Below, piece after piece: positions 1 to 9,735 of a DNA stretch of 64,000 nt. The position numbers and the translations under genes are program-made. Source of the stretch: Nitrososphaerota archaeon (GTDB lineage: Archaea; Thermoproteota; Nitrososphaeria; PSMU01); NCBI GenBank assembly GCA_040290255.1, contig PSMU01000001.1:288001-352000 (forward strand), given 5' to 3'. The notes under the pieces were generated by a model. The model saw only the letters and a list, made by a program, of their open reading frames with translations. It had not been told where the DNA came from and did no database searches. Numbering within the stretch: the first letter of the stretch is position 1; every line of letters begins with the position of its first letter.

Positions 1-972
1 AGCGCGGAGGCCACGCTCGGGGGCAATGATGTGCTCGTGGGCAGGACGAGCCCCCCGAGGTTCATAGAGGAGTACACGGGCGTGCTGGAGGGCGGCGTGA
101 CCCACAGGCGGGACACCTCCGTGAGCCTAAGGCCCAACGAGGCCGGCATCGCCGACGCCGTCTTCATCACGGAGACGGTCGAGGGCAACAGGCTCGTGAA
201 GGTCAGGGTCAGGGAAACGAGGACGCCGGAGCTGGGCGATAAGTTCACCTCCCTGCATGGGCAGAAGGGGGTCATCGGCCTCATCGTGCCCGCGGAGGAC
301 CTCCCCTACACGGAGGAGGGCATCGTGCCTGACATCATCATCAGCAGCCATGCCTTTCCCTCCAGGATGACCGTGGGCCAGTTCCTGGAGGCGCTCACGG
401 GCAAGGCGGCCGCGCTGCTCGGCAAGCCCCTCGCCGCGACGGCCTTCGGCGGCGTGGACCCGGAGGAGGTGGGCAGGCTGCTGGAGGCCTATGGCTTCAA
501 GAGGACGGGCAAGGAGGTGATGTACGATGGCAGGACGGGCAAGAGGCTGCTGGCCGAGGTCTTCGTAGGGCTTGTCTACTACCAGAGGCTGCACCATATG
601 GTGGCCGATAAGCTGCACGCGAGGGCAAGGGGGCAGGTGCAGATACTCACCAAGCAGCCCACCGAGGGCAGGTCCAGGGGCGGCGGGCTCAGGTTCGGCG
701 AGATGGAGAGGGACTGCCTCATCGCCTACGGCGCCGCGATGGCGCTGAAGGACAGGCTGCTGGACGAGTCCGATAAGACCGTCGTCTATGTATGCGAAAA
801 CTGCGGCTTCCTGGCCTACTACGATGCGAGGAGCAGGCGCTACATCTGCAAGATCTGCGGCGACAGGGCCCGCATCTCGGGTGTGGAGATGGCCTATGCC
901 TTTAAGCTGCTGTTGCAGGAGCTGATGAGCCTGGCCATAGCGCCCCGCCTCGTCCTTTCGGAGAGGGTCTGA
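1..972 (+). CDS. rpoB: DNA-directed RNA polymerase subunit B, C-terminal part (5'-truncated by the window)
   Basis: GDKFTSLHGQKG, HAFPSRMT, YYQRLHHMVADK, GGLRFGEMERD and a CxxC..CxxC zinc site; the frame is open from base 1. Confidence 0.97.
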   Translation, partial: SAEATLGGNDVLVGRTSPPRFIEEYTGVLEGGVTHRRDTSVSLRPNEAGIADAVFITETVEGNRLVKVRVRETRTPELGDKFTSLHGQKGVIGLIVPAEDLPYTEEGIVPDIIISSHAFPSRMTVGQFLEALTGKAAALLGKPLAATAFGGVDPEEVGRLLEAYGFKRTGKEVMYDGRTGKRLLAEVFVGLVYYQRLHHMVADKLHARARGQVQILTKQPTEGRSRGGGLRFGEMERDCLIAYGAAMALKDRLLDESDKTVVYVCENCGFLAYYDARSRRYICKICGDRARISGVEMAYAFKLLLQELMSLAIAPRLVLSERV

Positions 973-973
973 G

Positions 974-3900
974 ATGGCGGCCCAGACGCCTCAGGCCGAG
1001 CTGACGAAGGTCATCAGGAGGATAAAGTTCGGCGTCCTGGCGCCCAGCGAGATCAGGAAGTACTCTGTGGTCGAGATCTTCGTGCCCGAAACGTATGATG
1101 AGGACGGCTTCCCGATCAAGGGCGGGCTGATGGACCCCCGCCTGGGCACGCTCGAGCCGGGCCAGAAGTGCGAGACCTGCGGCAACACGTCCGCGAGGTG
1201 CCCCGGCCACTTTGGGCATATAGAGCTGGCCGAGGCGGTGGTGCACGTTAACTTCGTCGATGATATCTACACGCTGCTCTCCGTGACCTGCAGGTTCTGC
1301 AGCCGCATCCTGCTCCCGGAGGCCGAGATCAGGTACTACGCGGAGCTGGTGAAGAGCAGGGGCTTCGATGTGCCGGGCCTAAGGGAGGCCCTCTCGAGGG
1401 AGATCGTGGCCAAGGCCAGGAAGAGCAAGGTCTGCCCGCACTGCGGGAGGGAGCAGGCCATCATCGACCTGCAGAAGCCCTACTACTTCCAGGAGAAGGC
1501 GGAGGGAGGGGCGTATGTGAGGCTTCTGCCCTCCGCGATAAGGGAGAGGTTCGAGAGGATCTCGAATGAGGACCTGGAGCTGCTGGGCTATGACCCCAGC
1601 GCCATGAGGCCTGAATGGCTCATCCTGCAGGCCCTGCCCGTGGCCCCGCTGAGCGTGAGGCCCTCGATCACGTTGGAGACGGGAATAAGGAGCGAGGACG
1701 ACCTCACGCATAAGCTCGTGGACATCCTCAGGACGAACGCCAGGATAAGGGAGGCCAAGGCGGCGGGCTCCCCGCCGCTCATCATGCAGGACCTCATAGA
1801 TCTGCTGCAGTACCACGTGGCCACCTACTTCAATAACGAGATCTCTGGCATACCTCCCGCCCACCACAGGAGCGGCCGCCCGCTCAGGACGCTCTCGCAG
1901 AGGCTGAAGGGCAAGGAGGGGAGGTTCAGGGGAAGCCTGAGCGGCAAGAGGGTGGACTTCTCCGCCAGGACGGTCATCTCGCCCGACCCGAGCCTCGACA
2001 TCGCCGAGGTGGGCGTGCCCTATGAGGTGGCCATGAGGCTCACGGTGCCCGAGTACGTGAACGAATGGAACCTGGAGGAGATGAGGAAGCTCGTGATCAA
2101 CGGGCCCAACGTGCATCCGGGGGCCAACTACATCATCAGGCCCGATGGCGTGAAGATCAGGCTGGACTTCGTCGCGGACCGCCAGGCCCTGGCCCAGAGC
2201 CTGGGCCCCGGCTACATCGTGGAGAGGCACCTAAAGGATGGCGACGTGGTGCTTTTCAACCGCCAGCCCTCGCTGCACAGGATGTCGATCATGGCCCACC
2301 AGGTCAGGGTCCTGCCCTACAGGACCTTCCGCCTTAACCCGGCCGTCTGCCCGCCCTACAACGCGGACTTCGACGGCGATGAGATGAACCTTCACGCCTC
2401 CCAGTCGCTCGAGGCGCGGTCGGAGGAGGCGATGCTCATGAAGGTACAGGACCAGATCCTCTCGCCCAGGTTCGGCGGGCCCATCATAGGCATCACGAAG
2501 GACCTCATAACTTCCGCCTACCTGCTCACCAGGGATGACCTCTTCCTCACGAAAGAGGAGTTCGCGAACTTCGCCTGGCTGGGGGGCTATGAGGGGCCCC
2601 TGCCCCCTCCCGCCATAACAGCGCCCCGGCCGCTGTACACGGGCAAACAGCTCATCTCGCTCTTCCTCCCCCGCGGCTTCAGCTATGTGATGGCCTCGAA
2701 GTGGGGCAGGGCCCTGAGGATAAGGGAGGGCGGCGACGTGGTGGTGAAGGACGGCGAGCTGATCAGCGGCGTGCTGGATAAGAACTCCTTGGGCGCCGAG
2801 GCGCCCGACTCGCTATTGCACAGGATCGTCAAGGACTACGGAACGGAGCAGGCGCGGCGCTTCCTGAACGCGCTCATCGCCGTGCTCCGCGTCTTCCTGA
2901 CCAGATATGGCTTCTCATACGGATATAGCGACCTGGACATAGGCGAGGCGGCCCTCCGGGAGATACAGCAGGTGCTGGAGAGGCGCTATGCCCGCGTGGA
3001 CGAGCTGCTGGAGAGGTATAGGAGCGGCACGCTGGAGGTGAGCAGGGGGCTCACGCCCGAGGAGGCGCTGGAGGAGTACATCGTGGACGAGCTCACTAGG
3101 GCGCGGGATGAGGCGGGGAGGATCGCCGAGAGGCATCTTACGCTCGAAAACCCCGGCGTGATCATGGCCAGGACGGGCGCGCGCGGCTCGCTGCTGAACC
3201 TCACGCAGATGGCCTCCTGTCTGGGCCAGCAGACGGTAAGGGGAAAGCGCATCAGCAGGGGCTACAGGGGCAGGAGCCTGCCCCACTTCCCGCGCGGCGA
3301 TCCCACGCCCGACGCCAACGGCTTCATAAAGAACAGCTATAGGAGCGGCCTCACGCCCACGGAGTTCTTCTTCCACGCGATGGGGGGCAGGGAGGGCCTC
3401 ATCGACACCGCCGTGCGCACCCAGCAGAGCGGGTACATGCAGAGGAGGCTCATCCATACGCTGGAGCACCTGAGGGTGGAGTACGACTCCACGGTGCGCG
3501 ACCCGCTGGGCAACATAATTCAGTTCGTGTACGGCGAGGACGGCATTGACCCGGCCAAGAGCGATCACGGCAGGCCCGTGAACGTGCAGAGGCTCGTCGA
3601 GACGATAAGGCTGACGGACAGGGGCGAGCCTGCGAGCGAGGCCGAGGCCGCGCGGCTGCTGAAGCGCTATGAGGGGACCTTCACGCCCAGCCTGCTGGCC
3701 TCGATAAGGGAGGCCCTGGCCAAGGCCCCGCTCAGCCGGGAGGGCGTCTCTCAGCTGCTGGAGAGGATCTCGGAGCTGGTGGATAGGTCGAAGGTGGAGC
3801 CGGGCGAGGCCGTGGGCGTCGTCGCCGCCCAGTCGATAGGCGAGCCCGGCACGCAGATGACGCTCAGGACCTTTCACTATGCCGGCGTGAGGGAGATGAA

Positions 3901-4840
3901 CGTGACGCTGGGCCTGCCCAGGCTGATCGAGCTCGTCGACGCGCGCAAGATCCCCTCGACGCCCAGGATGAGGATTTACCTGGACGAGGAGCACAGGAGG
4001 GACCAGGAGAAGGCCCTGAAGCTGGCCAACCAGCTGGTCTTCACGAGGGTAGCCCACGTGATCGCCGCCGTGGCCTATAGCCCCGAGGCCGGGGAGCTGC
4101 TGCTCACGCTGAACCTGGAGGCGATGAAGGAGAAGGGCGTGGGCATCGAGGACGTGCTGAGGGTCGTGGGCGGCGCCAAGAGAAAGGCCGAGGCCATGGA
4201 TGAGCGGACGATCAGGGTCGAGGTGGGGCCGCTGGGCCCCCAGGAGCTTCACAACGTAAAGCAGAAGATCCTCCATTCCAAGCTGAGGGGCGTGCCGGAC
4301 ATCACGGGCGTGACGGTTACGAGGAAGAAGCGCTCCGAGGATCCGCTGCTCATCGATGAGGAGGAGTGGGTGATCGAGACGGCCGGCTCCAACCTCGCGC
4401 AGGTGCTGCGCGTGCCCGGCGTGGACCCCAGCCGCGTGCTCACCAACAGCATCTATGAGGTCTACACCGTGCTGGGCATAGAGGCGGCCCGAGAGGCGCT
4501 CGTGAGGGAGATCTCGGGCACGCTGGAGGAGCAGGGGCTCGAGGTGGACAGGAGGCATATACTGCTCGTCGCGGACCTGCTCACGGCCAAGGGCCTGGTG
4601 CAGCCGGCGGGCAGGCACGGCGTCGTGGGCTCCAAGGCGAGCGTGCTGGCGAGGGCGGCCTTCGAGATCACCATACCCGTGCTCTCCGAGGCGGCCGTGA
4701 GGGGCGAGGTGGAGGAGCTCAAGGGCGTCACCGAGAACGTGATCGTGGGCCACATCATACCCGTGGGCACGGGCATGGTGAACATCATGATGGACCTCGG
4801 TGGTCTGGTTGGAGGAGCGGGAGCTTCAGAGGCTGCTTAG
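974..4840 (+). CDS. rpoA: RNA polymerase largest subunit, fused A'+A''
   Basis: Catalytic NADFDGD and A''-type GEPGTQMTLRTFH and GVTENVIVG all lie in one 1288-aa ORF. Confidence 0.97.
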   Translation: MAAQTPQAELTKVIRRIKFGVLAPSEIRKYSVVEIFVPETYDEDGFPIKGGLMDPRLGTLEPGQKCETCGNTSARCPGHFGHIELAEAVVHVNFVDDIYTLLSVTCRFCSRILLPEAEIRYYAELVKSRGFDVPGLREALSREIVAKARKSKVCPHCGREQAIIDLQKPYYFQEKAEGGAYVRLLPSAIRERFERISNEDLELLGYDPSAMRPEWLILQALPVAPLSVRPSITLETGIRSEDDLTHKLVDILRTNARIREAKAAGSPPLIMQDLIDLLQYHVATYFNNEISGIPPAHHRSGRPLRTLSQRLKGKEGRFRGSLSGKRVDFSARTVISPDPSLDIAEVGVPYEVAMRLTVPEYVNEWNLEEMRKLVINGPNVHPGANYIIRPDGVKIRLDFVADRQALAQSLGPGYIVERHLKDGDVVLFNRQPSLHRMSIMAHQVRVLPYRTFRLNPAVCPPYNADFDGDEMNLHASQSLEARSEEAMLMKVQDQILSPRFGGPIIGITKDLITSAYLLTRDDLFLTKEEFANFAWLGGYEGPLPPPAITAPRPLYTGKQLISLFLPRGFSYVMASKWGRALRIREGGDVVVKDGELISGVLDKNSLGAEAPDSLLHRIVKDYGTEQARRFLNALIAVLRVFLTRYGFSYGYSDLDIGEAALREIQQVLERRYARVDELLERYRSGTLEVSRGLTPEEALEEYIVDELTRARDEAGRIAERHLTLENPGVIMARTGARGSLLNLTQMASCLGQQTVRGKRISRGYRGRSLPHFPRGDPTPDANGFIKNSYRSGLTPTEFFFHAMGGREGLIDTAVRTQQSGYMQRRLIHTLEHLRVEYDSTVRDPLGNIIQFVYGEDGIDPAKSDHGRPVNVQRLVETIRLTDRGEPASEAEAARLLKRYEGTFTPSLLASIREALAKAPLSREGVSQLLERISELVDRSKVEPGEAVGVVAAQSIGEPGTQMTLRTFHYAGVREMNVTLGLPRLIELVDARKIPSTPRMRIYLDEEHRRDQEKALKLANQLVFTRVAHVIAAVAYSPEAGELLLTLNLEAMKEKGVGIEDVLRVVGGAKRKAEAMDERTIRVEVGPLGPQELHNVKQKILHSKLRGVPDITGVTVTRKKRSEDPLLIDEEEWVIETAGSNLAQVLRVPGVDPSRVLTNSIYEVYTVLGIEAAREALVREISGTLEEQGLEVDRRHILLVADLLTAKGLVQPAGRHGVVGSKASVLARAAFEITIPVLSEAAVRGEVEELKGVTENVIVGHIIPVGTGMVNIMMDLGGLVGGAGASEAA

Positions 4841-5120
4841 GACCGCCTTCTCGACGGGCAGGGTCACCCTGGGCCTGAAGGAGTCGCTGAAGAGGATCCA
4901 GGGCACAAAGCTGCTCGTGGTCGCCAAGCGGGCCCCCGAGTGGATAAGGGCCCGGGCCCTCGAGAGGGCCAGGGCGGCGAAGGTGCCGCTCTTCAGCTAT
5001 GAGGGCACGCCCATAGAGCTGGGCCAGCTGCTGGGCCTGCCCTATAGGGTCAGCGTGATGGCCATACGCCACCCCGGCGAGGCCGACCTGGCCCCCCTGC
5101 TCGGGGAAGCGGCGGCATGA
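4800..5120 (+). CDS. rpl30e: 50S ribosomal protein L30e
   Basis: TGRVTLG..S and GTPIELG..LG.PY.VS motifs; canonical position after rpoA; start could be a few codons later. Confidence 0.9.
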   Translation: MVWLEERELQRLLRTAFSTGRVTLGLKESLKRIQGTKLLVVAKRAPEWIRARALERARAAKVPLFSYEGTPIELGQLLGLPYRVSVMAIRHPGEADLAPLLGEAAA

Positions 5121-5560
5121 CGGAGATAAAGCTCACGGCCGAGGAGCTGCGCATGATGTCCCTGATGCAGGCCATCTCGGGCGTCAGCCCCAGGGACTGC
5201 GTGATCGACGAAAGGTGGAACAGGCTGATCTTCGTGGTGAATAAGGAGGATATGGGCAGGGCCATAGGCAAGAGGGGGGCCAACGTGCAGCAGCTGGCCA
5301 AGCTCACGGGCAAGGAGATAGAGATCGTGGAGTTCTCGCCGGACCCCAGCGTGCTGCTGAGGAACGCCCTGGGCGAGAAGTTCGTCTCGGAGGTGCGCGT
5401 CACCGAGGACAGGGAGGGCAGGAGGATCGCCGTGGTGGTGACCGACAGCAGGAACACGAAGTTCGTCAGGGGGAGGGAGGGGAGGAACCTGCACAAGGCC
5501 AAGCTGCTGGGCGAGCGATACTTTCAAATAAGCGACCTTCAGCTCGTGGGGAGGGGCTAA
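5117..5560 (+). CDS. nusA: Archaeal NusA (KH domains)
   Basis: [17 protein letters not shown] and a second KH-like GREGRN; operon context. Confidence 0.93.
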   Translation: MTEIKLTAEELRMMSLMQAISGVSPRDCVIDERWNRLIFVVNKEDMGRAIGKRGANVQQLAKLTGKEIEIVEFSPDPSVLLRNALGEKFVSEVRVTEDREGRRIAVVVTDSRNTKFVRGREGRNLHKAKLLGERYFQISDLQLVGRG

Positions 5561-5997
5561 TGAGCAAGGGCGCCAACGGCCTCTTCGCGGCCAGGAAGCT
5601 GGTGCTGATGAGGAAGAGGTTCCGGTGGTCGGAGAAGTGGTACAGGAGAAGGGTGCTGAGGCTAAAGGAGAAGGTGGACCCGCTGGAGGGCGCGCCGCAG
5701 GCCAAGGGGATCGTGCTCGAGAAGGTGGGCATCCCGTGCCGCCAGCCCAACTCCGCGGTGAGAAAGTGCGTGCGCATACAGCTGGTGAAGAACGGCAAGC
5801 AGGTCACCGCCTTTGTGCCCTGGGATGGAGGGCTCAACTTCATCGATGAGCACGATGAGGTGCTGGTGGAGGGCATAGGGGGGCCCATGGGCCGCAGCTA
5901 CGGCGACCTGCCGGGGGTGAGGTGGAAGGTGGTGGCCGTGAACGGCGTATCGCTCAAGGAGCTCATCCTGGGCAAGAAGGAGAAGCCCAAGAGGTAG
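5560..5997 (+). CDS. rps12: 30S ribosomal protein S12
   Basis: [16 protein letters not shown] and [10 protein letters not shown]. Confidence 0.97.
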   Translation: MSKGANGLFAARKLVLMRKRFRWSEKWYRRRVLRLKEKVDPLEGAPQAKGIVLEKVGIPCRQPNSAVRKCVRIQLVKNGKQVTAFVPWDGGLNFIDEHDEVLVEGIGGPMGRSYGDLPGVRWKVVAVNGVSLKELILGKKEKPKR

Positions 5998-5998
5998 T

Positions 5999-6595
5999 AT
6001 GGCCCTGAAGCTCTTCGGCAAGTGGGACTTCGAGGGGGTAACGGTGAACGACCCCGGCCTAAAGCGCGTCATAAGCCTGAAGCCCGTGCTCGTGCCCCAC
6101 TCCTTCGGCAGGCATGAGCACAGGCCCTTCGGCAAGGCCGCGGTGAACATCGTGGAGCGGCTCGTGAACTGGATGATGCACTTCGGCCGCTCCTCCGAGA
6201 GGGTCCCCAAGAATACGGGCCGCATGGGGGGCAAGAAGGCCAGGGCCATACGCATCGTCCAGGCCGCCTTCGAGCTCATCCACATCAAAACCGGCGAGAA
6301 CCCCATCCAGGTGCTGGTGAGGGCCATAGAGAACGCGGCGCCCAACGAGGACACCACGAGGATCGTCTACGGCGGCACCGTCTACTATGTCTCCGTGGAC
6401 GTCTCGCCCTTGAGGAGGGTCAACCTGGCGCTCAAGCACCTCGCGGATGGCGCGAGGGCCGCCTCCTTCAAGGCGCCCATCGGCATCGAGGAGGCGCTGG
6501 CCAACGAGATAATGCTCGCCGCGAGGGGCGACCCCAACAGCTATGCGATCAGGAAGAAGCATGAGATAGAGCGCATCGCCCTCGCGAGCCGCTGA
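5999..6595 (+). CDS. rps7: 30S ribosomal protein S7
   Basis: [28 protein letters not shown] and SYAIRKK.E.ER.A. Confidence 0.97.
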   Translation: MALKLFGKWDFEGVTVNDPGLKRVISLKPVLVPHSFGRHEHRPFGKAAVNIVERLVNWMMHFGRSSERVPKNTGRMGGKKARAIRIVQAAFELIHIKTGENPIQVLVRAIENAAPNEDTTRIVYGGTVYYVSVDVSPLRRVNLALKHLADGARAASFKAPIGIEEALANEIMLAARGDPNSYAIRKKHEIERIALASR

Positions 6596-6637
6596 GCCTG
6601 AAAACGTATAAATACCTTCTGAAGCGTAGCGCCGGCG

Positions 6638-7963
6638 ATGTCCAAGAGCGCTAAGCCCCACCTGAACCTGGTGGTCACGGGCCACGTGGACCACGGCAAG
6701 TCCACGCTCATGGGCCACCTCCTCTTCGACCTGGGCGTGGTGGACCAGAGGACGCTGGAGGAGTACAAGCAGCAGGCGGCTAAGTTCGGGGCCGGCGAGA
6801 CGTTCATGTATGCGTGGGTGCTCGACACGCTTAAGGATGAGAGGGAGAGGGGCGTCACCATCGAGCTCTCCTTCCAGAAGTTCGAGACGGACAAGTACTT
6901 CTTCACGCTCATCGATGCGCCGGGGCACAGGGACTTCGTGAAGAACATGATCACGGGGGCCTCGGAGGCCGATGCCGCGGTGCTAGTGGTCTCCGCCAAG
7001 AAGGGCGAGTTTGAAGTGGGCACGCAGCCCGGGGGCCAGACGAGGGAGCACGCCTTCCTGCTGAAGACGCTGGGCGTGGACCAGCTCATCTGCTGCATCA
7101 ACAAGATGGACGATGATACGGTGAAGTGGAGCAAGGAGAGGTATGAGGAGTGCAGGAAGCAGATGGAGGACCTGCTGAAGAGGGTGGGCTACGACGTTAG
7201 GAAGATCCCCTTCATACCCACCTCGGGCCTCAAGGGCGATAACCTGGTAAGGCGCTCGCAGAACATGGGCTGGTACAACGGGCCCACGCTCTATGAGGCG
7301 CTCGACCAGCTGCAGGTGCCGCCCAAGCCGGTGGATAAGCCTCTGAGGATGCCCATACAGGACGTCTACACGATCACGGGCGTGGGCACGGTGCCCGTGG
7401 GCAGGATAGAGACGGGGAGGATGAAGGTGGGCGACACGGTCATCATCAACCCCCCCGGCCTGACGGCTGAGGTAAGGTCGATCGAGACGCACCACACGCC
7501 CATAGAGGTGGCCGAGGCGGGCGATAACGTGGGCGTGAACCTGAAGGGCGTGGCGAAGCAGGACCTGAGGCGCGGCGACGTCATCGGGTCCGTGAACAAC
7601 CCGCCCACCATCGCCAAGGAGTTCACGGCCCAGATCTTCGTCATCTACCACCCCACGGCCATCGCGGCGGGCTATACGCCCGTCCTGCACGCACATACCG
7701 CGCAGGTGGCCACGCAGATCGTGGAGATCCTGGCCAAGATCGACCCTAGGACGGGCGCGGTCGTGGAGGAGAAGCCCAGGACCATAAAGACCGGCGACGC
7801 GGCGCTCGTGAAGCTGAGGCCGCTGCGCCCGCTCTGCATCGAGACCTTCAAGGAGTTCCCGGAGATAGGCAGGTTCGCGATCAGGGACATGGGCACCACG
7901 GTCGCGGCGGGCGTGGTGAGGGAGATCACGGAGAAGGCCCAGCCGCTGCTGGCGAAGGCCTAG
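6638..7963 (+). CDS. tuf: Elongation factor 1-alpha
   Basis: GHVDHGKST, ERERGVTI, DAPGHRDF, NKMD and GRFAIRDMG; TATA-like TATAAATA near 6607. Confidence 0.98.
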   Translation: MSKSAKPHLNLVVTGHVDHGKSTLMGHLLFDLGVVDQRTLEEYKQQAAKFGAGETFMYAWVLDTLKDERERGVTIELSFQKFETDKYFFTLIDAPGHRDFVKNMITGASEADAAVLVVSAKKGEFEVGTQPGGQTREHAFLLKTLGVDQLICCINKMDDDTVKWSKERYEECRKQMEDLLKRVGYDVRKIPFIPTSGLKGDNLVRRSQNMGWYNGPTLYEALDQLQVPPKPVDKPLRMPIQDVYTITGVGTVPVGRIETGRMKVGDTVIINPPGLTAEVRSIETHHTPIEVAEAGDNVGVNLKGVAKQDLRRGDVIGSVNNPPTIAKEFTAQIFVIYHPTAIAAGYTPVLHAHTAQVATQIVEILAKIDPRTGAVVEEKPRTIKTGDAALVKLRPLRPLCIETFKEFPEIGRFAIRDMGTTVAAGVVREITEKAQPLLAKA

Positions 7964-7988
7964 CGCTCTTCCGGGCTAAGCCTTATAT

Positions 7989-8069
7989 GCGCGGGCTGGA
8001 TGGGCCATCCAGCTTGCGCCGGGGCGCCTCCCACGCCGAGCTGAGCGGCGCCCGCGCGGCCGCGCGGGC
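7989..8069 (+). promoter_or_regulatory. Structured intergenic/leader region upstream of ecfA (hairpin plus 20-bp palindrome)
   Basis: 14-bp stem 7989-8002/8006-8019 with 2 G-U pairs; perfect palindrome GCCCGCGCGGCCGCGCGGGC at 8050-8069; TATA-like CTTATAT near 7982. Confidence 0.4.
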
Positions 8070-8918
8070 ATGGCCCACATAGAACTGCGAGGGCTGAGCT
8101 TCAGGTATGCCGGCGCCCGCCGCTGGGCGCTGCGCGATGTATCGCTCAGCATAGAGAGGGGCGAGGTCGTGGCCCTCGTGGGGCCCAGCGGGGGAGGGAA
8201 GACGACGCTGCTCCGCTGCCTCAACGGGCTCATCCCGCATTTTTACGCCGGGGAGTACAGGGGAAGCGTCCTCATCGATGGGCTCGAGGTGGCAAAGGCC
8301 CCCATGCACGAAGCGGCCGCGAGGGTGGGGCTGCTCTTCCAGGAGCCCGAGCACCAGCTCTTCATGTTCACGGTGGAGGGGGATGTGGCCTTTGGGCCCG
8401 AAAACCTGGGCCTGCCGCCCGAGGAGGTCAGGGCGCGTACCTGGGAGGCGCTGCGCCTGCTGGGCATCGAGCGCCTGGCGCCCAGGCCCCCCTTCGAGCT
8501 CTCGGAGGGCGAAAAGCAGCGCGCCGCCCTCGCGGGCCTGCTGGCAATGAGGCCCTCGGTGCTCGCGCTGGACGAGCCGACGTCCATGCTCTCGCCCAGG
8601 GCCGCGGCCGCCCTGCTGGCCCAGGTCTCGGGGCTGTGCAGGGCCCTGGGCCTCACGGCCCTCATAGTGGAGCACCGCCTTGAGCTGCTGGCGGGCCTGG
8701 CGACCAGGCTGATCGTGCTGGCCGAGGGGGAGGTGAAGGCGGATGGCAGGCCTCAGGATGTGCTGGCGCGGGAGGGGCTGGAGGAGCTGGGCGTGAGGGT
8801 TCCCGCCATCGTAAAACTGCAGGCCCTGATGGGCTCAGGGGCGCCCGCGCCAAGGCCCGCCCTTAGCCCTTGGGGCCTTGCCTCGCTGATAAGGGCGCGC
8901 GGGCATGATAGAGTTTAG
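8070..8918 (+). CDS. ecfA1: ECF transporter ATPase A
   Basis: GPSGGGKT, LFQEPEHQLF, DVAFGPENLG, LSEGEKQR and LDEPT. Confidence 0.92.
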   Translation: MAHIELRGLSFRYAGARRWALRDVSLSIERGEVVALVGPSGGGKTTLLRCLNGLIPHFYAGEYRGSVLIDGLEVAKAPMHEAAARVGLLFQEPEHQLFMFTVEGDVAFGPENLGLPPEEVRARTWEALRLLGIERLAPRPPFELSEGEKQRAALAGLLAMRPSVLALDEPTSMLSPRAAAALLAQVSGLCRALGLTALIVEHRLELLAGLATRLIVLAEGEVKADGRPQDVLAREGLEELGVRVPAIVKLQALMGSGAPAPRPALSPWGLASLIRARGHDRV

Positions 8919-9735
8919 GGCCGTTCACTACATATACGCCAACGGGCAGGAGGCGCTCAGGGGCATTACGCTGCGCATAGGCGATGGAGAGGTCTTTGCG
9001 CTCGCGGGCGAGAATGGGGCGGGCAAGACGACGCTGCTCAAGCACCTCAACGGGCTGCTGAGGCCCACGCGCGGGGCCGTGTACGTCGATGGCCTCGACA
9101 CCAGGCGGGTGCCCGTGGAGAGGCTCGCGAGGAACGTGGGCCTGGTCTTTCAGAGCCCCGAGCACCAGCTCTTCTGCGAAACGGTCGAGCAGGAGCTGGC
9201 CTTCGGCCCCAGGATGCTGGGCCTTGCGCCGGCGGAGGTCAGGAGGAGCGTGGAGTGGGCGCTGCGCTTCTTCGGCCTGGAGGAGCTCAGGGGAGCCTCT
9301 CCCCTGGAGCTGAGCGAGGGCGAGAAGAAGCGCGTGGCCATCGCCTCGGTGGCGGCCTGGGACCCCGCCACGCTGGCGCTGGATGAGCCCACCATAGGCC
9401 AAGATGCCCTGTACAGGGCCCGCCTGCTAGAGCTGATACGAGAGCGGGCGGCGCGGGGGAGGACGACCATCATAGCCTCCCATGATATGGAGTTCCTTTG
9501 GTCGCTTCAGCCCAGGCTGGCGGTGATGGCAGAGGGCAAGATCCTCCGCGTGGGGCCGATCGACCGGCTGCTGCTCGATGAGGCCCTGCTGGAGCGGGCC
9601 GGGCTGCTGCGCCCCCAACTGCTCGAGCTCTACCTGGCCCTGGATCCCCGGCCCCCTCATCCCTTCAGGCAGCCGGAGGAGGCCCGGGCCTGGCTCCTGG
9701 GCCCGGGAGGAGGGCCACATGGTCCGCCTCGCTGA
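8905..9735 (+). CDS. ecfA2: ECF transporter ATPase A'
   Basis: GENGAGKT, VFQSPEHQLF, LSEGEKKR and LDEPTIGQD. Confidence 0.92.
   Translation: MIEFRAVHYIYANGQEALRGITLRIGDGEVFALAGENGAGKTTLLKHLNGLLRPTRGAVYVDGLDTRRVPVERLARNVGLVFQSPEHQLFCETVEQELAFGPRMLGLAPAEVRRSVEWALRFFGLEELRGASPLELSEGEKKRVAIASVAAWDPATLALDEPTIGQDALYRARLLELIRERAARGRTTIIASHDMEFLWSLQPRLAVMAEGKILRVGPIDRLLLDEALLERAGLLRPQLLELYLALDPRPPHPFRQPEEARAWLLGPGGGPHGPPR

Noticed and set aside
2915-4753. 612-aa antisense ORF inside rpoA, and many similar shadow ORFs (for example 27526-28800 and 59472-60491)
   Set aside because: Expected from high GC3 codon bias, which depletes antisense stops; no motifs, and each lies opposite a clear gene
7964-8069. 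Possible tRNA, C/D sRNA or canonical cobalamin riboswitch after tuf
   Set aside because: No TTCRA T-loop or cloverleaf, no RTGATGA C box and no B12 box; kept only as a generic structured leader
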